From Minisyncoccota bacterium (lineage in GTDB: Bacteria; Patescibacteriota; Minisyncoccia; Phycocordibacterales; XYD1-FULL-46-19), in NCBI GenBank assembly GCA_040879645.1, contig JBBDJY010000016.1:11064-75063 (forward strand): a DNA stretch of 64,000 nucleotides, written 5' to 3'. Below the pieces are notes generated by a model that did no database searches, was not told the DNA's origin, and worked only from the letters and a program-made list of their open reading frames with translations. Shown here piece after piece: positions 35,424-45,102 of this stretch (within the stretch, counting starts at the first letter, position 1; each line of letters opens with the position of its first letter). The translations under genes and the position numbers were made by a program.

Positions 35424-38400
35424 TTAAACTGGGTTCATTATTACGATAAGAGATGCGGCCGCGGAGGGCGACGCATTTTTCCGGCAGTAAAATGTCTTTA
35501 AGTTTGGTGTAGGAACGAGCAAAACAAACGGTTTCTATTTGTCCGGAATAGTCGGCCAGGCGGATAAAGGCCATTAAATCGCCCTTTTTGGAATAAATGG
35601 TTTTGACTTCTTCAATAATACCGCCGATAGTGGCAGTGGCGCCGTCCGGTAAAGTTCGATTGTAATTGATGGTGTTTTCGTTTTTGGTAAATTTATCTTT
35701 AACTCGGTCCAAGGGATGGCCGGAGACATAAAGACCAAGCAATTCTTTTTCCCAAGCAAGAATTTCCGTCAAATCAACTGCCGGGCCGGTTTTTAACTTA
35801 AAAGCCGGCATGCCCGCTTCTTCGGCAATATCGCCAAATAGTGAGTCTTGAGCCGAATCGGCGTTTATTTTTTCCCGATGATAGGCCAAGGCCTCTTCAA
35901 TGTTGTGCAAGAGATCGCCGCGAGTTTGACCGAGATTGTCCAAAGCACCGGCTTTAATTAACGCTTCCAGTGATTTTCGGTTTAAGTTTTTGTGAGTGAT
36001 GCGACCCAGGAAATCGGGATAAGAGCGGTAAGGCCCGCCGGCTTTTCTTTCGGCGACAATCGCTTCGGCAATATCACCGCCTAAGTTTTTGATTGTTTGC
36101 AGGCCAAAGCGGATTTCGTCTCGGTCGGCTCCTTTAGTGACGGTGAAATCACCAAAGCTTTGATTGACATCCGGTGGCAAAACCGGAATATCCATTCGTC
36201 GACATTCGGTGATAATTTCGGCAATTTTTTCAGTGTCGCCCGATTCAGCCGACAGGACGGCGGTCATAAATTCGGCCGGATAATTGGCTTTCATATAGGC
36301 GGTTTGATAGGCGACTCGGCCATAACTGGCGGCATGGGCTTTATTAAAAGCGTAAGCGGCGAAGGGTTTGATGCGATTCCAGAGATCTTCGGCGGTTTTT
36401 TTGTCGATATGGTTTTTGACACAGCCGGATTTGAATTTTTCTTCTTGTTCGGCCATCAGTTTCGGGATTTTTTTACCCATCGCTTTGCGGAATTTATCGG
36501 CATCCAGCCAAGAATAGCCGGCCAATTTGATGGCGGTAATCATCACATCCTCTTGGTAGATAAGTAGGCCGAAACTGCGGCGGAGATCTTCCTTAAGGGC
36601 CGGATGAGGATAATCGACGGTATGAGGATTATGTTTGCGTTTGATGTATTCGGGGATAAATTCCATTGGTCCGGGGCGATAGAGAGCGACCATAGCGTTA
36701 ATATCGTCAATGTTGGTCGGTTTCAATTCTTTTAACCAGCGAGTCATGCCGGCGCCGTTTAATTGGAACAGTCCTTCGGTTTCGCCCCGAGCCAAAAGCC
36801 GAAAAGCTTTTTTGTCGTCTAGAGGAATATCGTCGATGTCAACTTTTTTCTGTCTGATTTTTTCCGCCAAACTGACGGCATCGTTTAAGATGGCAAGATT
36901 TTTCAAGCCGAGAAAGTCAAACTTGGTTAGACCGATGCCGTCTTCGCCGACCGAATACATATCATATTGGGTAATGATGCTCTGACCTTTTGGGTCATAT
37001 TGAACCGGCACATAGTGATCCAAGGTTTGCGGAGCGATAACGACACCGGCGGCGTGAACGGAAATATGCCGAGCCGAACCCTCGATTTTTTTAGCCAAGT
37101 CAATGATTTGCTTGACTTCCGCTTCTTCGGCATACATTTTTTTTAATTCCGGTTCCATTTTTAAGGCGCGGTCAATGGTCATGGCAAAACCCTGTGAACC
37201 AAGTGGGATCAATTTGGCAATTCGGTCACCGGTGGCATAAGGGAAACCCAAAGCCCGGGCGACATCACGGACCGAACCGCGAGCCATCATTGTGCCGAAA
37301 GTTCCAATTTGGGCGACCTTATCTTCGCCGTATTTGACTTTGGCGTATTTGATGATTTCATCTCGTCGATTATCGGCAAAGTCCATATCAATATCCGGCG
37401 CCGATGGGCGGTCGGGATTTAGAAAGCGTTCAAAGGGGATTTGATATTCGAGCGGATCAAGTTTAGTAATATCTAAAGAGTAAGTGGTGATTGAACCGGC
37501 GACCGAACCGCGAATATTGTAAAAAATGTTATTCTCCCTGGCAAAGCGAATCAAATCCTCTACCACCAGAAAATAAGATGAATAACCCTTTAATTTGATG
37601 ATATTTAATTCATAATCCAGGCGTTCGTGGGCCGCTTGGTTGTCACCCAGTCCTTTTTTGATCAAACCGGCCAGACTTAAATCGCGTAACAGCGTGTCGG
37701 CATCGGAGCCGGCCGGCAATTCAAAATTGGGGAAAATAAATTCGCCCAAAGTAATATCCACTTGGCAACGATCGGCAATCCGCCCGGTATTTTTAACCGC
37801 CTCGGGAAAATCACGGTAAATGGTTTCGGCCCGGTCGGGACTGATAAAAGAATAATCGCCGTTTTTCATCGACATTTCGCTTTGACCGACTTCATGGCCG
37901 GTATTGATGGCCACTAAAGTATCGTGAGCCTCGGCATCAGCCGGATCAATATAATGGGAATCCCAAGTGGCGACTAACGGTAAGTTAAATTCGCCGGCCA
38001 GAGTTTTTAAGTGCCGGCCGATGCGGTCAATGTCGGGGACTTCTTCATGGCGCATTACTTCCAAAAAATAATTATTCGGACCGAAAATAGCCAAAAATTC
38101 TTTAACGATGGCCCGTCCGCGGTCTAAATCATCGGCGGCCAAAGCCCGAGACAATTCGCCACCCGGACAACCGGACAGGCAAATCAAGCCCTCGGCATGT
38201 TCGGCGAGGATGTCTTTGTCAATCCGCGGTTTGTAATAAAAGCCCTCGAGGTTGGCTTTGGTTGTCAAGCGGATAAGGTTGCGATAACCTTCATTATTTT
38301 CGGCCAACAGCGTCAGGTGATAACGGCGAGCATCAATGCCGGATTCTTTATCTTGCCGACCACGGACGGCGACATAGGCCTCAACGCCGAGAATTGGTTT

Positions 38401-38577
38401 AATGTCGGCTTGGTGGCATTTTTGATAGAATTCAATCAGGCCGTACATATTACCGTGATCGGTCAGGGCAATGGCCGGCATATTAAATTCCTTGGCTTTA
38501 GCCACTAATTCGCTGATTTTAGACAGACCGTCAAGTAGACTGTAATGGCTATGAGTATGGAGGTGAACAAATGACAT
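35398..38577 (-). CDS. dnaE: DNA polymerase III alpha subunit
   Basis: PHP-domain N-terminus [17 protein letters not shown]; polymerase core motifs; ORF extends to 38601. Confidence 0.9.
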   Translation of the reverse strand: MSFVHLHTHSHYSLLDGLSKISELVAKAKEFNMPAIALTDHGNMYGLIEFYQKCHQADIKPILGVEAYVAVRGRQDKESGIDARRYHLTLLAENNEGYRNLIRLTTKANLEGFYYKPRIDKDILAEHAEGLICLSGCPGGELSRALAADDLDRGRAIVKEFLAIFGPNNYFLEVMRHEEVPDIDRIGRHLKTLAGEFNLPLVATWDSHYIDPADAEAHDTLVAINTGHEVGQSEMSMKNGDYSFISPDRAETIYRDFPEAVKNTGRIADRCQVDITLGEFIFPNFELPAGSDADTLLRDLSLAGLIKKGLGDNQAAHERLDYELNIIKLKGYSSYFLVVEDLIRFARENNIFYNIRGSVAGSITTYSLDITKLDPLEYQIPFERFLNPDRPSAPDIDMDFADNRRDEIIKYAKVKYGEDKVAQIGTFGTMMARGSVRDVARALGFPYATGDRIAKLIPLGSQGFAMTIDRALKMEPELKKMYAEEAEVKQIIDLAKKIEGSARHISVHAAGVVIAPQTLDHYVPVQYDPKGQSIITQYDMYSVGEDGIGLTKFDFLGLKNLAILNDAVSLAEKIRQKKVDIDDIPLDDKKAFRLLARGETEGLFQLNGAGMTRWLKELKPTNIDDINAMVALYRPGPMEFIPEYIKRKHNPHTVDYPHPALKEDLRRSFGLLIYQEDVMITAIKLAGYSWLDADKFRKAMGKKIPKLMAEQEEKFKSGCVKNHIDKKTAEDLWNRIKPFAAYAFNKAHAASYGRVAYQTAYMKANYPAEFMTAVLSAESGDTEKIAEIITECRRMDIPVLPPDVNQSFGDFTVTKGADRDEIRFGLQTIKNLGGDIAEAIVAERKAGGPYRSYPDFLGRITHKNLNRKSLEALIKAGALDNLGQTRGDLLHNIEEALAYHREKINADSAQDSLFGDIAEEAGMPAFKLKTGPAVDLTEILAWEKELLGLYVSGHPLDRVKDKFTKNENTINYNRTLPDGATATIGGIIEEVKTIYSKKGDLMAFIRLADYSGQIETVCFARSYTKLKDILLPEKCVALRGRISYRNNEPSLIIESAKEL

Positions 38578-38797
38578 GGGGGTATTATAGCAAAAAACCA
38601 CTTTGCCTGCAGATCAAGTGTTATTAGGTTAAAACATTATTATAATCACTCTTTATTTGCAATCCCTTTTTCTAAAGATATTGCCTACCTAAGGTAGTCA
38701 ATGGAGTTAAAATTTGTTTCATTGAGATTACTATTGATTACTTGATAATTTTGTTGTAGGATTAAAGTAGAAAACACTCTGAAAGGAGGTGATAATT

Positions 38798-39817
38798 GTG
38801 TCTTTGAAAAAAGAAACTGTGTTGAAGATGTTGAATCTTTTTGGTAATCAGCCGGAGATTTTATCTCTTCTTCCCGAACCCGACCGAACTTATGAATTGG
38901 TGGCTTGGATAAAGTCTATCCAAGTAGACGGGGATTGTCAGACTTGGACGATCGAAGAATACAGGCAAGCGGCTCTTTTGTTATTCGAGCCTAAGCGATC
39001 GGAAATGTTGATGATGATCCTTGCCAAATCTGTTGAAGAGGAGAAACTGAGAACAGTCATCTTGCTGGCGGAACCTGAGCGGTCCAATCAACTGGATGTC
39101 ATTTTAGAAAAGCAAATTGACTGGAGTGACTTTGTAAACACGACTTCGGAGACTTTAACTTTAATGGTCAAACCTAGTCGTTGCGTGGGTTTGGTCAAGT
39201 TGTTTAGGAGATGTTTGGACGAAGGGCAATTTAACTTGGCCGAACAAGCGGCCAAGTTGATTCCTGAAGCCGAGCGTCTCAAAATCTCCGAGATGATCTT
39301 GGAGGCTTGGATGATCTTGGATAGGCCGAAAAGCGGTTTCGAGATTACCGCTTCGATGGTCTCTGTCCTTTTTGCTCACACTTGTCGGTCTGGGTTCGAG
39401 GCCGAGGCTTTGGAAGAAAAGATTTTAGCCAAGCAGATCTCCGAGGGACAATTTAATCATGCCCTTAAGACGGTTGAGCTCATCAACCAACTTGATTCGA
39501 CCGAAGGCCCTGGGCGTGTCTTGGCTGAAGAGGAGTGGATTGTCATTCTCAAAGCAAGATTAGAGAAAGGTGAAGATGTCGACAAGGTTATTGTGATGAT
39601 TTCTGAACCTACCTTACCCACGGCTTTGATGGAGGTTTTGGCCACGCAGATAGAGAATGGTAATCTGGCTAAAGCCCAGACGGTGGTCAGTCTACTCGGT
39701 CGAGCTTTGACCGAAAAAGAAATGGAACGGATCTTTGAGGTTCAGTTCAATAACGGCTTAGAGGGCGTCAGAAAAACAGCCCAAATTCTTCTCGATCTTC
39801 AAAAGCCTGTGGCTTGA
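38798..39817 (+). CDS. Hypothetical all-alpha protein (about 340 aa)
   Basis: RBS AGGAGG 8 nt upstream of GTG 38798; no recognisable motifs; moderately AT-rich. Confidence 0.5.
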   Translation: MSLKKETVLKMLNLFGNQPEILSLLPEPDRTYELVAWIKSIQVDGDCQTWTIEEYRQAALLLFEPKRSEMLMMILAKSVEEEKLRTVILLAEPERSNQLDVILEKQIDWSDFVNTTSETLTLMVKPSRCVGLVKLFRRCLDEGQFNLAEQAAKLIPEAERLKISEMILEAWMILDRPKSGFEITASMVSVLFAHTCRSGFEAEALEEKILAKQISEGQFNHALKTVELINQLDSTEGPGRVLAEEEWIVILKARLEKGEDVDKVIVMISEPTLPTALMEVLATQIENGNLAKAQTVVSLLGRALTEKEMERIFEVQFNNGLEGVRKTAQILLDLQKPVA

Positions 39818-39849
39818 TAAGAAGGTTGGATTGTTCTTTACTCTACCGC

Positions 39850-39885
39850 TTACGATTTTAGAATCGTAAGCGGTTTTTAATTGCC
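39850..39885 (+). terminator. Rho-independent terminator (ccgcttacgattttagaatcgtaagcgg + TTTTT)
   Basis: Perfect 10-bp stem plus T-run. Confidence 0.65.
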
Positions 39886-39926
39886 TAGTTTTATTATAAA
39901 ACCATCTGCGCGTATAATAGGCGGAT

Positions 39927-40526
39927 ATGGTAGTTGTAAAACAAAGAGAGCAATTTTTGATTGGTATTGACGAAGCCGGCCGCGGACCGCTGGCTGGACC
40001 GGTAGTGGTTGGTGGTGTAAAAATCCGGTCGGCGGTCTTGGCCGGTTTGCCGCCGATTCGCGATTCTAAAAAATTGACGGCCAAAGAAAGAGAAAACTGG
40101 TTTATTTGGCTTAAAAAAGAGAATAAAAACGGTAATTTATTTTTTGCTTTTAGTTTGGCGGGCCACCGCTTGATTGACCGGCGGGGAATTGTTTATTGTC
40201 TTGATTTGGCGGTTAGTCGAATTTTGCAAAAAATACCCGTCAAGCAAGCGGATAAGATATTACTTGACGGTAATTTGCGCGCGCCGGCCGGTTATAAAAA
40301 TCAGCAAACAATTATTCGGGGCGATGAGACCGAAGGGGCGATTGCCTTGGCTTCCATTGTGGCCAAGGTCACCCGCGACCGTTTAATGACCCGATTAGAC
40401 AAAAAATATCCACCATACGGTTTTGCCACTCACAAGGGTTATGCCACCGAAAACCATTATTTGGCTTTGTTGCAATACGGCCGTTCGGCCATCCATCGTC
40501 GGAGTTTTACCCGCTTTCTGGATTGA
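39927..40526 (+). CDS. rnhB: Ribonuclease HII
   Basis: GIDEAGRGPLAGPVV motif. Confidence 0.9.
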   Translation: MVVVKQREQFLIGIDEAGRGPLAGPVVVGGVKIRSAVLAGLPPIRDSKKLTAKERENWFIWLKKENKNGNLFFAFSLAGHRLIDRRGIVYCLDLAVSRILQKIPVKQADKILLDGNLRAPAGYKNQQTIIRGDETEGAIALASIVAKVTRDRLMTRLDKKYPPYGFATHKGYATENHYLALLQYGRSAIHRRSFTRFLD

Positions 40527-40528
40527 TT

Positions 40529-40551
40529 TTGTCAAGGTGACACCTTGACAA
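40529..40551. promoter_or_regulatory. 23-bp palindrome TTGTCAAGGTGACACCTTGACAA
   Basis: Perfect copy of the motif family, between rnhB and rpmF. Confidence 0.5.
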
Positions 40552-40654
40552 AAGATTGGTTATTTTTAACGGTCGAGATGTCAATCCAATGCTTTCCTTG
40601 AAGTGTCCCTAAAAAGTATTGCCAATTATTCGTTTTTCGGCTATAGTACTCTTT

Positions 40655-40894
40655 ATGTCCGTACGCATGCGACACACTAAAGCTCATACCGGCAATCGCC
40701 GCAGTCATCACGGCCTCAAGGGCCCGCGGCTTTCGGCGTGTGCCAAGTGTAGCGAAATGCATTTGCGGCACCGTTTGTGTGGCAATTGCGGTAATTATCG
40801 GGGCAAAGAAGTAGTGGATGTGATGACCCGCTTGTCCAAAAAAGATAAAAAGAACAAGGAGAAAGATCTGCGGAAACAAAATTCCGGCGCTTAA
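40655..40894 (+). CDS. rpmF: 50S ribosomal protein L32 with Lys-rich C-terminal extension
   Basis: MSVRMRHTKAHTGNRRSHH and CxxC..CxxC zinc ribbon. Confidence 0.8.
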   Translation: MSVRMRHTKAHTGNRRSHHGLKGPRLSACAKCSEMHLRHRLCGNCGNYRGKEVVDVMTRLSKKDKKNKEKDLRKQNSGA

Positions 40895-40976
40895 TTCCGA
40901 TTTTTTCGCTTCGTTCTTTTTAGTCGGCGGTTTGATCGTCGAGATGGATTTTTGAAAATCACCCAGTATAAGATCA

Positions 40977-41888
40977 ATGGCAAATAGGCACTTATCACGA
41001 AGCCTCGCGATGCAAATCCTCTTTGAATGGGATTTCCGGGATATGCCGGATGTTTTGCCGACCGACCATATTTCGGAAGTCAGCAAAGAATTCGCTCCCG
41101 GTTTGGATGATTTGTCTTTCGTCCAGAACTTAGTGGCCGGAGTTAAACAAAAACGGGATAAATTGGATTTGATTATCGGTAAGGCGGCTCCCGACTGGCC
41201 GATTGAACAGATTGCCATTGTTGACCGCAATATTTTGCGGCTCGGTCTCTACGAGCTTTTATTTGGCGATAAGCGTCAAGTGCCGGCTCGAGTGGCTATC
41301 AATGAGTCGATTGAACTGGCCAAAACTTTCGGCGGTGAAAATTCCGGCCGGTTTGTTAACGGTGTTTTGGGGGCGGTCTACAAGGAATTGGGCGAACCGG
41401 ATAAACGGGACATCCCGCGCAAAAAAAAGATTAAAGATATTCCCTATGAAGAAATGCCGATTGAAAAACTCGGCGGGGCGATTGTTTACCGTTTGGATAA
41501 GCCGGAAATCGAACTGGCGTTAGTCCATGATATTTTCGGCTATTGGACATTATCCAAAGGTCACATTGAAGCTGGCGAAAGTGTCGAGGACGGCATCAAA
41601 CGGGAAATTAAAGAAGAATTGTCGCTGGATATCGCCCTTAAGGATAAACTTGGCCAGAATGAATATATCGCCGCTGATCCGGAAAAAGGCAAAATCAGAA
41701 AGCAAGTTGAATATTTTCTGGCCGAAGCCGGACAGCCGAATAAATTGGCTTTGGGTGACAAGGCCGGTTTGACCGAAGCGGCCTGGTATCCGGTTTCGGC
41801 GGTGCCCGACTTGGATATGTATGACGATATTGTGCCGATTATTACCACAGCGCTTAAATTATTAGCTGAACGCCGGCGTCAGAACTGA
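40977..41888 (+). CDS. nusB: NusB (transcription antitermination factor) fused to a C-terminal Nudix hydrolase domain
   Basis: N-terminal NusB motifs (RSLAMQILFEWDF, AINESIELAKTFGG..FVNGVL); C-terminal Nudix box GHIEAGESVEDGIKREIKEELSL. Confidence 0.8.
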   Translation: MANRHLSRSLAMQILFEWDFRDMPDVLPTDHISEVSKEFAPGLDDLSFVQNLVAGVKQKRDKLDLIIGKAAPDWPIEQIAIVDRNILRLGLYELLFGDKRQVPARVAINESIELAKTFGGENSGRFVNGVLGAVYKELGEPDKRDIPRKKKIKDIPYEEMPIEKLGGAIVYRLDKPEIELALVHDIFGYWTLSKGHIEAGESVEDGIKREIKEELSLDIALKDKLGQNEYIAADPEKGKIRKQVEYFLAEAGQPNKLALGDKAGLTEAAWYPVSAVPDLDMYDDIVPIITTALKLLAERRRQN

Positions 41889-41890
41889 AT

Positions 41891-42592
41891 ATGATAAAAA
41901 ATATTGAAACTTTTATTACCGACATCATCGGCTTAACGCCCAAACAACCGGCTCTTTACGAGCAGGCTTTTACCCATCGCTCTTATTTGAACGAACACCG
42001 TCAGTCGGCGCTTGAGCACAATGAACGCTTGGAATTTTTAGGTGATGCCGTTCTTGAATTGGTGGTGACCGATTATTTATATCGCGAATATCCGGAAAAA
42101 AATGAAGGCGAGATGACGGCTTATCGGGCGGCCTTGGTTAATACCGGCACTTTATCCGAAACCGCCAAGACTCTCGGTCTGAACGACTATTTGCGCTTAT
42201 CCAAGGGCGAAGCCAAGGATACCGGCCGGGCCCGGAGTATTATCTTGGCCGATACCTTTGAAGCTTTAATTGGCGCGATTTATCTGGATCAGGGTTATCT
42301 CATTGCCGCTGATTTTATCGCTCAAGCGCTTTTCCCGAAAACGGCGGAAATTATCGCCAAGAATTTGTGGCAAGACGCCAAAAGTTATTTTCAGGAACAA
42401 GCTCAAGAGGTAACCGGCCAAACGCCGACCTATCGGATTACCGACGAGCAGGGTCCGGATCATAATAAGCGTTTTACCGTTGGCCTCTATATCGGCGAAG
42501 AATTGATCGCCACCGGTCAAGGTCATTCCAAGCAGGAAGCCGAACAACAAGCCGCCGCCGCCGGTTTGATTAAAAAGGCTTGGGATAAATAA
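41891..42592 (+). CDS. rnc: Ribonuclease III
   Basis: ERLEFLGDAVL signature plus C-terminal dsRBD. Confidence 0.9.
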   Translation: MIKNIETFITDIIGLTPKQPALYEQAFTHRSYLNEHRQSALEHNERLEFLGDAVLELVVTDYLYREYPEKNEGEMTAYRAALVNTGTLSETAKTLGLNDYLRLSKGEAKDTGRARSIILADTFEALIGAIYLDQGYLIAADFIAQALFPKTAEIIAKNLWQDAKSYFQEQAQEVTGQTPTYRITDEQGPDHNKRFTVGLYIGEELIATGQGHSKQEAEQQAAAAGLIKKAWDK

Positions 42593-42625
42593 AAATTTAC
42601 TCGTCAGCGCCGGATACGATATAAT

Positions 42626-44851
42626 TTGATTATGAAACTTCTTTATTTGGAATTGGCCGGCTTTAAATCATTTGCCAAAAAAACCAGATTTTCTTTTGAA
42701 TCGCAAGTGACGGCGGTCGTTGGGCCGAATGGTTCCGGTAAGTCCAATGTCGCCGAAGCTTTTCGCTGGGTTTTGGGCGAACAATCGCTTAAGTCACTTA
42801 GAGGTAAGCGAGGCGAAGACCTCATTTTTAACGGTGGAGCAACATCAGGTCGGATGAATCGGGCCGAAGTGTCCATTTGTTTTGATAATGCCGGTCGGGA
42901 ATTTGATTTGGATTACGATCAAGTCGTGATTACCCGCCGAGTCTATCGCGACGGCACCGGTGAATATGAATTAAATGGCAGTACGGTTCGCCTTAAGGAT
43001 ATTATTGAACTCTTGTCTCAGGTGTCGCTCGGCTCAACCGGCCATCATATCATCAGCCAAGGCGAAGCTGATCGGATTTTAAATGCTGATTTGCGGGGCC
43101 GGCGAGAAGAGATTGAAGAGGCTTTGGGTCTAAAAATCTACCACTGGAAAATTACCGAGAGCAACCGGAAATTGGAGCGGACAGTGGAAAATAAGAAACA
43201 AGTGGAATCACTGCGACGGGAAATCGCGCCACATTTGAAATTTTTGAAAAAACAAGTGGAACGAATTGCCAAAGCCGACGCCATGCGCCGGGAGCTTAAA
43301 CAACTCTATCTCCATTATTTTCATTTGGAAGAAAAGCGCTTAAAGCAAGTTCGGAGTGAATTGGAAGAGAGTCGTCTTGGACCGGCCGCCGAATTGACCG
43401 ATTTAACCGGTCGCTTGGAAAGTTTGTCCGCCGGGCGAGAGTCCAATGAACAGTTAGCCGAATTGTCGCGACAAGCGGTCGAATGGGAAAAAGAAAAACA
43501 AACACAGCAAACAATCGCTAATGATCTTCTTCACCAAATCGGCCGGTTGGAAGGAATTATTGAAGTCCGGGCCGGTTTGATTGAAACCAAAACAACTCCG
43601 GAAACGGCGGTTGATTTGGCGGAAGTCCGAGATTTAAATCGTGAATTAACCACTGAGCTGTCGACGATTGAGACGGAAAATAATCCGGATAATTTGAAAC
43701 AAATTATTCGTCGTTTGGCCGAGCGTTTAAGTGAATTGATCAGCCGCCACAGCCGGAACAATGAAGGCGATTCGCCGGCTGACAATGAATTGGCGGTGGC
43801 CCGTGAAAATCGTGAGCGCTTAGCCGACCAACTACAAACCGTCCAAGAAGCCGAACGGCAAGCGACTGACGCTTTGTTAAAAATTAAACAGGACATTAAC
43901 CGCGAAAAAGAAAAAACCATCGGGGCCGAACGAGAATTGTATGAATTGAAAACTCGCCACAATGAATTGACCGGTACTTTGAATTTAATCACCGCCAAAT
44001 TGGAACAACTCAAACATGAAGAAGAAGATTTTCAGCGTGAGTTGGCCGAAGCGGCTGTCTTGATTGACCGGGAAGTGCTTGATTACGCTCGTCTGGTGCC
44101 GGCCGAGGAGACTAAGGCCGATGTGACAACGCTTACTGAAGAGCGTCGGCAAATTGAGCGCTTAAAGATTCGGCTTGAGGATATGGGTGGTGAAGGCGGT
44201 GATGTTTTGAAAGAATATGAAGAAACCGCCAAGCGTGACGAGGTCTTGGCGTCTGAATTGATTGATTTGGAACAAGCGGCCGTCGGTCTGAAACAAGTGA
44301 CGGCGGAATTGGAAGAGCGGTTATCGGCAGAATTTACCAGCGGTCTTGCTCGGATCAATGTTGAATTTGAAAAATTCTTTTCTTTAATGTTTAACGGCGG
44401 ACAGGCTCGTTTGCAAATAGTGACGGCGTCGCGCCGACGCCGACGCAATCAGTTGCTTGATGGTTTAGCTGATGAAATACCCGAGGCCGAGGAAGAAGAA
44501 GGCATTGATATTTCGGTTAACTTGCCTCGGAAAAAAATCAAGGGTTTAACTATGCTTTCCGGCGGAGAGCGGGCTTTAACTTCTATCGCTCTTCTTTTTG
44601 CGATGTCACAAGTTAATCCGCCACCGTTTTTGATTTTAGATGAGACTGATGCGGCGTTAGACGAGGCTAATTCGCGTAAATATGGCGAGATGATTACCAA
44701 TTTGTCCGAACAATCGCAATTGATTTTAATTACTCACAATCGCGAAACGATGTCACGAGCCGGCATTTTATACGGGGTGACGATGGGGGCCGACAGTGCC
44801 TCGCGCTTGTTGTCGATTAAGTTTGATGAGGCGGAGAATTATGCCAAGTAG
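42626..44851 (+). CDS. smc: SMC-family chromosome segregation ATPase, unusually short (741 aa)
   Basis: Walker A GPNGSGKSN; signature LSGGERAL; Walker B ILDETDAALD; long coiled-coil middle region. Confidence 0.8.
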   Translation: MIMKLLYLELAGFKSFAKKTRFSFESQVTAVVGPNGSGKSNVAEAFRWVLGEQSLKSLRGKRGEDLIFNGGATSGRMNRAEVSICFDNAGREFDLDYDQVVITRRVYRDGTGEYELNGSTVRLKDIIELLSQVSLGSTGHHIISQGEADRILNADLRGRREEIEEALGLKIYHWKITESNRKLERTVENKKQVESLRREIAPHLKFLKKQVERIAKADAMRRELKQLYLHYFHLEEKRLKQVRSELEESRLGPAAELTDLTGRLESLSAGRESNEQLAELSRQAVEWEKEKQTQQTIANDLLHQIGRLEGIIEVRAGLIETKTTPETAVDLAEVRDLNRELTTELSTIETENNPDNLKQIIRRLAERLSELISRHSRNNEGDSPADNELAVARENRERLADQLQTVQEAERQATDALLKIKQDINREKEKTIGAERELYELKTRHNELTGTLNLITAKLEQLKHEEEDFQRELAEAAVLIDREVLDYARLVPAEETKADVTTLTEERRQIERLKIRLEDMGGEGGDVLKEYEETAKRDEVLASELIDLEQAAVGLKQVTAELEERLSAEFTSGLARINVEFEKFFSLMFNGGQARLQIVTASRRRRRNQLLDGLADEIPEAEEEEGIDISVNLPRKKIKGLTMLSGGERALTSIALLFAMSQVNPPPFLILDETDAALDEANSRKYGEMITNLSEQSQLILITHNRETMSRAGILYGVTMGADSASRLLSIKFDEAENYAK

Positions 44852-44855
44852 AGTC

Positions 44856-44923
44856 GGCCTAAACATGCCATTTATCAAACCCAGACCTAAACTCGGGCCG
44901 TTTGATAAATGGCATGTTAGGCC
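44856..44923. repeat. Perfect 25-bp-stem hairpin (ggcctaaacatgccatttatcaaac ... gtttgataaatggcatgttaggcc) immediately after the smc stop
   Basis: Direct reading; 19-nt loop. Confidence 0.8.
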
Positions 44924-44940
44924 TTAAGCGACAAGAAGGA

Positions 44941-45102
44941 GACCCAGACCCAAGCCCAACCATCCGCTAATTAGTATTACTTGGCTTGAATAGTAAAGTA
45001 AAAAGAACCCAACCGTTCGTCAAACACTACACTTTGGCTTAAGGCGTGAAAGGAAAACCCAGACCCAAGCCCAACCATCCGCTAATTAGTATTACTTGGC
45101 TT
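44941..45102. repeat. 46-bp direct repeats (44941-44987 and 45057-45102); the second contains the 3' end and stop codon of rnr
   Basis: acccagacccaagcccaaccatccgctaattagtattacttggctt appears twice, 115 bp apart. Confidence 0.8.

Noticed and set aside
36097-36567. 156-aa plus-strand ORF inside dnaE
   Set aside because: It lies antisense to a strongly supported 1059-aa dnaE and has no motifs.
40532-41230. 232-aa minus-strand ORF spanning rpmF and the nusB start
   Set aside because: It overlaps two strongly supported plus-strand genes (L32, NusB) and is a spurious antisense frame.
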